From positions 1 through 24,783 of the IMG/VR virus record IMGVR_UViG_3300047491_000557: 24,783 bases of DNA, one strand, 5' to 3'. The notes below the pieces were generated by a model that was given only the letters and a program-made list of their open reading frames with translations, made no database searches and was not told where the DNA came from. The position numbers were made by a program, and so were the translations under genes. This document shows, one piece after another, positions 7,833-16,800 of this stretch. Each line of letters starts with the position of its first letter. Positions within the stretch are counted from its first letter, which is position 1. The stretch comes from a virus (Duplodnaviria; Caudoviricetes).

Positions 7833-10800
7833 ATGCCTAAATCTTGGGAAGACATAAAGAACGAAAGAGCAAAAAAACAGACCTATAAACAAGAAGGAAC
7901 AACTTGGGAAGACATAAAGAGGAAAAGAGCAGGAATACAAACTCCTGCTCAAAATGCACCCGCCCAAAATGGCGACTACACTTCTATTTTTAAAAACTAT
8001 AAACCCCATCCGCCTGTTGACTTTACTCCAAAGCCAATACAGACAGCACCAGTCCCTACTCCGGAACCTACACCTTTGCAAAGGGCTGTAGCCGATGCCT
8101 ATATTAACAGAGGGCAACCACAAATAGCAGCTATTGTCCCTACATTTAGCAATACCCCCCCTAAGGAGTTACCCGATATGCTAAGAGGCGAGGAAGCCCC
8201 TGCACAAAAGGTAGTGGATTTTGTTAACTCGGTGGGCAACTCCATATTACAAGGGGCGAAGTCTGCATCAAAAGGCATAGTTAATGCCCCGAGAGCCGTT
8301 GATAAGGCGTTTTCACGGTTTGTGTTTGTTCCAGGTTCAGATAAATATGACAAGGGTTTTCTGCCTTTTTTAGACGATTACATAAACTATATAGCCGAAG
8401 GCGAAAAGCAGAGTGAACAAGCTGCAAATCAAAATGCAGGAAGTGTCCAAAAGTTTATTAACTCGGGCGTAAAAGGAGTTACCGAAATGGCTCCCAATAT
8501 CGTAACGGCAATAGGGACAGGTGGGGCAAGTGCAGGAGCTTCACTGTCCGCAGAGGCAACGACAATAGCCAAAGCCCTCTCCCAGCTTAAACCGATGGGG
8601 ATGTTTATGACACAGGCGGCGGGGCAATATGCGTATGAAGCAGAACAAGAGGGAGCTACTCCTGAACAAGCCCTTACATATGGCATATACGGCGGACTGT
8701 CGGAAGGCGTTACAGAGCTATTGCCTTTTGGCATACTCAAAAAAGCCCTAAATGTAGGAGATGATGTGGCTAAACCTTTTGTTAAAAATGGTGTAAAAGG
8801 GCTGCTTGACCGCTTCGGTAAAAAAGGTCTTTTGTGGCTTGAAGAAACAGGGGCTAATGTGGTGCAAGAAATAGCCGTTAATCCTCTTACCCAATTAGCT
8901 AAAAAAGGAGCTTACCAAAATGATATGCCTATCTACGGAGATGGCGGGGTAATTGACCCTAACCAGGTTGTCCCGTCCGCACAAGGGGCATTGGCTATGT
9001 CTCTTGTGCTAACTGCTCTCGGTTTGCCTTTTAGTATGAGGAGTAACCGCTTGGCAACTAAGATAGTGCAGAGCACGGAAAAGCCAACAGAGCAGGTGTT
9101 GAAAGAGTTACAGCAAGCCGTTCAAGAGGATATTAAGAGCGTCCCGATAGGGGAAATTCAAGGCAGTGAAACACCTTTAAACGAACCTGAAGCTCTAAAC
9201 GAGACCACGCTTGTAAGCTCCGCCGCTCAAAAGCCGGTTGAAGTTACCCCCTCTTTTAATCAGGGTCCGACAAAAACCGCTTTGAGTGCAACAACTGCAA
9301 CTTATAAAGAGGGGGACAGCGTTGTTTACGACGGGGAAATATGGACGGTAGCTGGGCAAAATGAGGATGGCACTTATGAGCTTAATCAAAAGGAAAATGG
9401 CATATTCAAAAGTTCGGCTGTGTTTAAAGCCCCCGCAGAGAAAATACAACCAAACAACATAGAAAACCCTGAACTGAATAAGTATGGTCGCAAAGGGCAA
9501 AACGCATTTAAGTCGTGGGCCAAGAATGAATACGTTAACATTGATATTAGTAACACGGAAAGCACTGAGACAAAGCTGTATAAAAACTTCTTTGAGACAT
9601 ATTATAACGGTGGTTTGAACGGTTTACCTATCCCATTGCTGCAAAAAACTGCATCGGTGTTAGACGCTCATTTTCCGCCTTTCTTAGCTGATGTATTTTA
9701 TGTCGCCGGCAAGAACGATGCGACTAAACAACGTGAAGCACCCACACCAACTAAAAACACCCCAGTTGCTAAAACTGAAACGGGTGCTAAAAATACTGTC
9801 GGTGAATATGACGGTATTTACGGTGTAGAAAAGCGTAAACAGGCAACAGGGCTTTGGTTTGCCAATAAGCAGCTAAGGTCGGATATGTTTGCAAAATACA
9901 GCAGTGAAGATACATCTCTCAATCCCACTCAAAAGTATGTTGCTAATGTGGGAAGGATACTTAGTGGGGCGTTTGATGTTTCGCCTTATCTTGTGCAACA
10001 GCCGTCTATTAAAAGGGATAACATAACTAATGAAACAAACAGGGATAGTAAAATTGACACAAAGGGCATTACTGGCATCGCATCATCTACAAAAGTAATC
10101 GTAGTTGAAGAAAATAACAATAAGAGCGAAAAAACGATTAAAGAAGTGCAGGCCGATTTAAAAAAGCGGCCTATTTTACCAAGCGGGTATGAGCTACTTA
10201 CAAAGCCGCAAGCATTATATTATGTGAAGGATGTTTTTATACATAAAGGGGAGTTATTAAAAATAGTTTCTGTCTCAGCTGATGGGCAAGCCATTTATGC
10301 CAAGGGAATTGATAAGTCGGTTAGTATGCTTTATCCTCTTATGGACGCCCTTGAAATGAGGAAAAGTGAAGTTGATTATTCTATTTCTCATTTTGATGAC
10401 GAACTTGCTTTATACAACAAGCGATTTGTAGAACAAAAGCCAACTGCCACTCCTAATGGGGTTCAGCTGAAAGCAGAAGAAATAACAGAAGAGCTATTGC
10501 ACGGAACTTCGCAAACTGAAAATCAGTCTGACCAGGACCAAGAACGCAATAACCCTTCTGATAATAATATACCCAAAAATCTTAAAAAAGTCAAGCCAAA
10601 AAACGAAACTGTTGACAAATCAAACGAAAAGGCAGATAATGAAGATGGAAGTGATGCAGCCCCTGTTATTAAAATAGCAGGCGAGCTGTTAACCAAATTT
10701 ATTGATAAGGGGATTGAATTCTCCCCCGCAAAGCTCTATGAGATTGCTGATAAAGCATTTGGCGGAACAATGGCACAGGGCAAATATTCTATTAAAGATG

Positions 10801-13800
10801 CCTACGATGCCCTTGAATTAGCGGTTAACAAACATATTATGAATAATTTTCTTAAAACGGATGACTTTAATTCTTCTGTTGAGAAAGCAAAAACAGCTGT
10901 TAGGGCGTTCCAGGAAATGCTTAGTAAACTGCCCACGCAAAATAAAAGAACGGTTGAGATGGAGCAGTATCAGCAGTTTTCAACACCGCCAAATATTGCC
11001 TACTTAGCGGCTTGGGTATCTAACATAAACAAAAACGACACAGTTCTTGAACCAAGCGGGGGCATAGGTGGACTTGCTCTGTTTGCAAAATCTTGGGGAG
11101 CAGAGGTCCATCTTAACGAATTATCCAAAAGAAGGCTTGAAATTGTTAAGAACTTAGGGTTTGACGGCTATTATAACCTTAATGCTGAGCAAATAGACAA
11201 CTTGTTGCCCGAAAGTATTAAGCCGAGCGTCGTTATTATGAACCCCCCTTTTAGTTCCGCTGCCACCCGTATGGGGGATAAGAACAGCACAGCTAATGCC
11301 AAAAGGCACATAGAACAAGCCCTTGCAAGATTAGAGCCTAACGGGCGTCTTGTTGCCATATTAGGGCAAGGAATGGAGTATTATTCATCCTTTAAACCTT
11401 GGTGGGACAGTCTATCGGAAAAATACAATGTTAGAGCAAACATCCGTATAAGCGGAGATAATTATAAGAAATATGGAACTTCTTTCGGCATTCAGTTGGT
11501 AGTGATAGACAAAACAGGGAAGACGACCAAACCTATTGAAACAGGTGTTTACGAAGACCTGCTACAAATACCAAAAGTATTGGAGAGTATAAGAAATGAA
11601 AGAGTTAATTACGGTAAACCAAACACAACTATCACAAGCGGTGAAGCTCCTGTTAAAGAACCCGGACCCAACAGGTCTGTATCTGATGCAGGCAATAGAG
11701 GAAACCAACTGGGCGAAAATAAACATCCAAACGGAGCTGAAAAGAGACCTTCGGGAAGCAATAGACCTAAAAGTAGAAACAATGACACCGGAGAAACAAT
11801 ACAAGTTTCTGACAACAGTTCAAGAGGAAAAGCAGGAACAGGACAAGGACAAAACGGCAATGTTAGAGGAGACAGCGAGAGAGGGAGCGTTGCCCCAATT
11901 AGTATCTCAAATGCTCAACAATCTTATGGCGAACTTAGAACTGAACCAATAGCCGAAGACATACAGAGTGAAGATGATGTTTATTCTAACTACACACCTA
12001 AAAAATTAGCTATTAAGGGAGCTAAACCCCATCTTACCACTCTCGTGGAAAGTGCTGCTATGGCGGCTATTGACCCCCCTGACATCGCTTATGCACCTCA
12101 TCTACCCAATTCAATTATAACAAAGGGCGATTTAACTATTGCACAGTTAGAAACCGTTGTTTATGCAGGTCAAGCCCACTCTAAAACCTTGCCAAACGGG
12201 CAAACAAAAGGGTTCTTTATAGGTGACGGCACTGGTGTTGGGAAGGGGCGTGAAATAGCAGGCATAATACTGGATAATTTTAACCAGGGTCGCACAAAAG
12301 CGGTGTGGATTTCCACAGGGCAGAAGCTTTTTGAAAGTGCTAAAAGGGACTGGACCGGGCTTGGGGGCAACGAAAAAGACCTGTTTAATCTATCTGATGT
12401 TAAAGTATCAAACGGCATAATGCTTGATAAAGGCATAATGTATGCGTCGTTTGGAACTTTGCAGGGGGCATCAAAAGCAGACAATAAACGTAACAGGATT
12501 ACACAGATATTAGAGTGGCTTGGTGAAGACTTTGATGGTGTAATTGTTTTTGATGAAGCCCATAAAATGGCAAACGCCGGAAAAAACAGTGAAGCTAAAA
12601 GGGGTAAAAGCAAAGCCACAGCAACCGCTTTACGAGGCATAGAACTGCAAAACCTTCTTCCAAAAGCAAGGGTGGTGTATTCCTCTGCTACCGGTGCTAC
12701 TGAGGTGGGAAATTTAGCTTACGCATCACGATTAGGTTTGTGGGGCGAAGGAACATCATTTGCAGATGTAGATACCTTTATTAGCAAGATTGCCTCGGGC
12801 GGTCTTGCTGCAATGGAACTTGTTGCTCGTGATATGAAAGCTCTTGGTGTTTACATTGCACGTAACCTTTCTTATAAAGGTGTTGAGTATGACACATTAA
12901 CCCACGACATCACCCCCGTGCAGGAAGAGATATATAACACTATGGCGACAGCGTGGCAAACAGTTCTGCAAAATTTGAATAAGGTTTTGTCCGATACTAA
13001 TGCGGATAAAAATTCAAACGCTAAAAAGAACGCAAAAGCGGCTTTTTATGGGGCGATGCAACGCTTTTTCAATCAGGTTATTACATCTATGTCAATGCCT
13101 TCTGTCATAAAAGACATTCAGCGTGAGTTGGATGCCGGGCATAGTGCTGTAATACAGATAGTAAACACAAACCAAGCTGCGACTGACCGCAAGTTATCTG
13201 ATATGGACGAAAATGACAGTTTAGAAGACTTAGATTTAACCCCTTCAGAGGGTCTGATTGACTTTCTTAGAAACAGCTTTCCCGTCTATGAATACGAAGA
13301 GACAGTTGACGATAACGGCAACACCGTGTCCGTTTTAGCGACAGATGGGGACGGCAATCCTATTGTAAGTAGAGAGGCAGTCAAAATAAGAGACGGCTTA
13401 ATAGCTGATATCAAAGAAATGAAAGTTCCTGACGGACCACTTGAAATGCTTTTTGATGCTTTCGGGGTTGAAATGGTGGCGGAAGTTACCGGAAGAACCC
13501 GCCGTATAATTTCAAAAAAACAAGCGAACGGCGAAACAAAAAGGGCAGTTGAAAGCAGGGGTAAGAGCCACAGTCTCGCTGACATCAAAGCATTTCAAGA
13601 CGGTAAAAAAAGAATACTGATATTCAGCAATGCAGGCGGAACAGGGGAGAGTTATCACGCGGATAAAAACGCTAAAAACCAGCAAAAAAGGATTCATTAC
13701 CTGCTACAACCTGGTTGGAGTGCCTTTAATGCTACACAGGGCTTTGGGCGTTCACATAGAACAGGGCAAGTGTTGCCCCCTCTATTTAGGCTTGTTACAA

Positions 13801-16800
13801 CTAATATTACCGGACAGAAACGCTTCGTAACGACAATTGCAAAAAGGCTTGATAGCTTAGGAGCGTTAACGAAAGGGCACAGAGGAACCGGTGGCGGTGG
13901 TATATTCGGACAAAAGGATAATCTTGAAAGCGAAATTGCAAGAGATGCCTTAGCAACATTTTATGGTTGGCTCGGAAGACACAACTCTATTACAGGTATT
14001 GCCGGTAAAGAAATCTTCACAAAAATGGGGCTTTACGAGAAATTTTATGATAAGTTTGGGATATTTAAACCCTCTAACGAGGATATATTAAGAGATATAC
14101 CCACTTTCCTTAATCGTATTCTTTCCCTTGAAGTTAATATTCAGAACGCAACATTTGAACAGTTCAATTACTTTTTTGAACGGCATTTTAGTCACGCCGT
14201 TGAACTCGGGCAAGTTGATGTGGGACTTGAAAACTACATAGCTTCTAAAATTGACGTTAAAGACGAAGTAGTAATTCAAACTGATGAACAGAGCGGAGCA
14301 GAAACCAAATATGTTCAGCTTACTGCATACAAGAAAACAAAGCTAATACCTTACGGAGATTTAACCAACTTCAAGCCGAATTTTGTGGGGCTTGTTAAGG
14401 ACGACAACGGCTCTGTAAAAGCGGTTTATCGCGTTGCTAATAAGACCCTTGCTAATGGGGATATAACAGAGGCATACGAGCTTTTATCTCCTGTTGTTGG
14501 GGTGAAGTCTAATTACATTCAAAAAACCCTTGACGAGAAAACAAAAACTATTCCTAAAACGGATTGGCTTAGGGAGTGGGAAAAAGAGACCGACAACGCC
14601 CCTGAATACACAGAAAACACAGTTCATATGCTTACAGGAACGCTGCTCCCAATATGGGATAAACTACCCACCTCTAACACACGGGTTATGCGGGTCGTTT
14701 CGTCTGACGGCAGACAGTATCTTGGGCGTATTATTCCGCCAAACGAGATTGACATAACTTTGTCTAAGTTTAAGACCGAAAGAACAAAAGAGATTTACAC
14801 GCCTTCAAGTCTTTTCCGTTCTGTTATGGTCAAAGGGTTAGAGATTAAACTTGAAAGGGATAGAACAAAACTATCCCGGAAGCGGGTAAGTGGAGAATAT
14901 CGTCTTGAAATTTCAGGGGATAACTCTTGGCAGTATCAACGCCAAATACCGGGTATAATAACCGAAACCATCCAATATGAAAGGCGTTATTTTATACCAA
15001 CAGACGAAGCTACTGCTCTGCCTATCATAGAACGATTAACTAACTACAATCCGGTTGTAAGTGTTGAAAGCAAGCAAACTGTTTCCGAGGTGGACGCTTT
15101 AACCACAAGCACAGACTATCTCACATCTACATCTAATTCACCCGCAAAATTGGGTGTTGCCACCGGCGATAACTTAACTGGTAAAGCAAAAAAAGCATCC
15201 GAGATTGTTAAGCAATTTGAAACAAAGATTATGGATGCCACAGGTGAAAACTACATTATTAGAAATGGCAAGAAAACAACCCAGGGTTCTATTGGTGAGT
15301 TTAACCGCCGTGAATACTCTGTTCGCTTACGGAAAGCAAATGACATTCCTACACTGTCCCACGAGGTGGGTCATATGTTTGATACCCTTTATGAACTTAG
15401 CACAGGTCGGTCATCCGAAATAAACGCCGAGCTAACCCAACTTGGGGAAAACACTTCAAAGCCCAACTACAATCCCCCAAGAAAACGTCGTGAAGGTGTG
15501 GCGGAGTTTGTCCGTTTATACCTAACCGATTATGAGAATGCCGTAGCTACATCCCCTTTGTTTGCCTCTTTCTTTGAAAGAAGACTGCCATCGTCCGTGC
15601 TAATCGTTCTGAATGAGCTTAAATCTGATATTTGGAGCCTTACTAACCTTGACCCCGTTAGCCGAGTTAAATCGTCTATAAGCTTTAAGAGTGATAAAAA
15701 GCAAATCAAAATTAGTGAGAAATTAAACCCTATTGAGCTATTTAAAACGCTCTATTTTGGAGTAGTTGATGCTACATATCCGGTTGAGGATGCAGCGGGT
15801 GAGTTAGGGGGTAGTTCAGCTCGTCAAAATGTCGTTGAAACCCTCTCTGCTTTAAGAGGATATGAAGGCATAGCGATGTTTGATATTAACCCTCACGGAC
15901 ACGAGGGCAAGTATCAGACTACTCTTAACGGGGATAAAGTAGGAGACACTTTGTATGAGATACTTAAACCTATTCATACTGACGAAACTACAAGGACGGA
16001 CTTTTGGGCGTATGCCGTTGCAAGGCGTTCAGAGGATTACTTCAACAGAGGACTTGAAATGCCCGACACAAAAGAAACTTATGAAGAAACCGTTCGCATA
16101 ATGGAAGTTAAACACCCTGAGTTTAAAGACACGTTTGCTAAACTACTCGTTTATGAGGAAAACAATCTTAATTTACTTGTTGAAGGCGGCATCTATTCAG
16201 CGGATAAAATTGCTGAAATAAGAGAGGCAAACCCTAACCACGTGTCCTTAAAAAGAATACACGATACCCTTAACAGTGTAGCAGGTTCAGGCAGGAGTTT
16301 AGGCGGGTCAAAGAAGGTAATCAAATCATTGAAAGGCGGCGGGCAGGATATTGTTGACCCGGAAGAAAGCATAATTAATAACACATTTATAAACCGTTCA
16401 GTTGCAATGCGTAATGCTCTGCTCGTTAAACTGGCAGATTTAGCAGACAATGCAAAGGGCAAAGGGTTTATAATGGCGAAAGCCAAAACACAATTTAACG
16501 TGACTAAATTTAATCTTGAACAGCTTAAAGAGTTGATACAGCAACAAATGGGCGGGCTATTTGACAATGTTAATCTTGATGTGATGGCAAGAATATTCAC
16601 GCCTAACTATTTAGCCGGACCTAATCAGATTGTTGTATATCGCAAAGGGCAACCGGTGTTGTATGATGTCAACCCCTTCTTGTATAATAGCATATCTTCT
16701 ATGACTAATACACAGCAAAACTTGTTTTTAGAAGCCCTTATGTTGGCCGCGAGAATACAAAAAGCGGGTATTATATTTACCCCTAAATATCTTGCTTACA

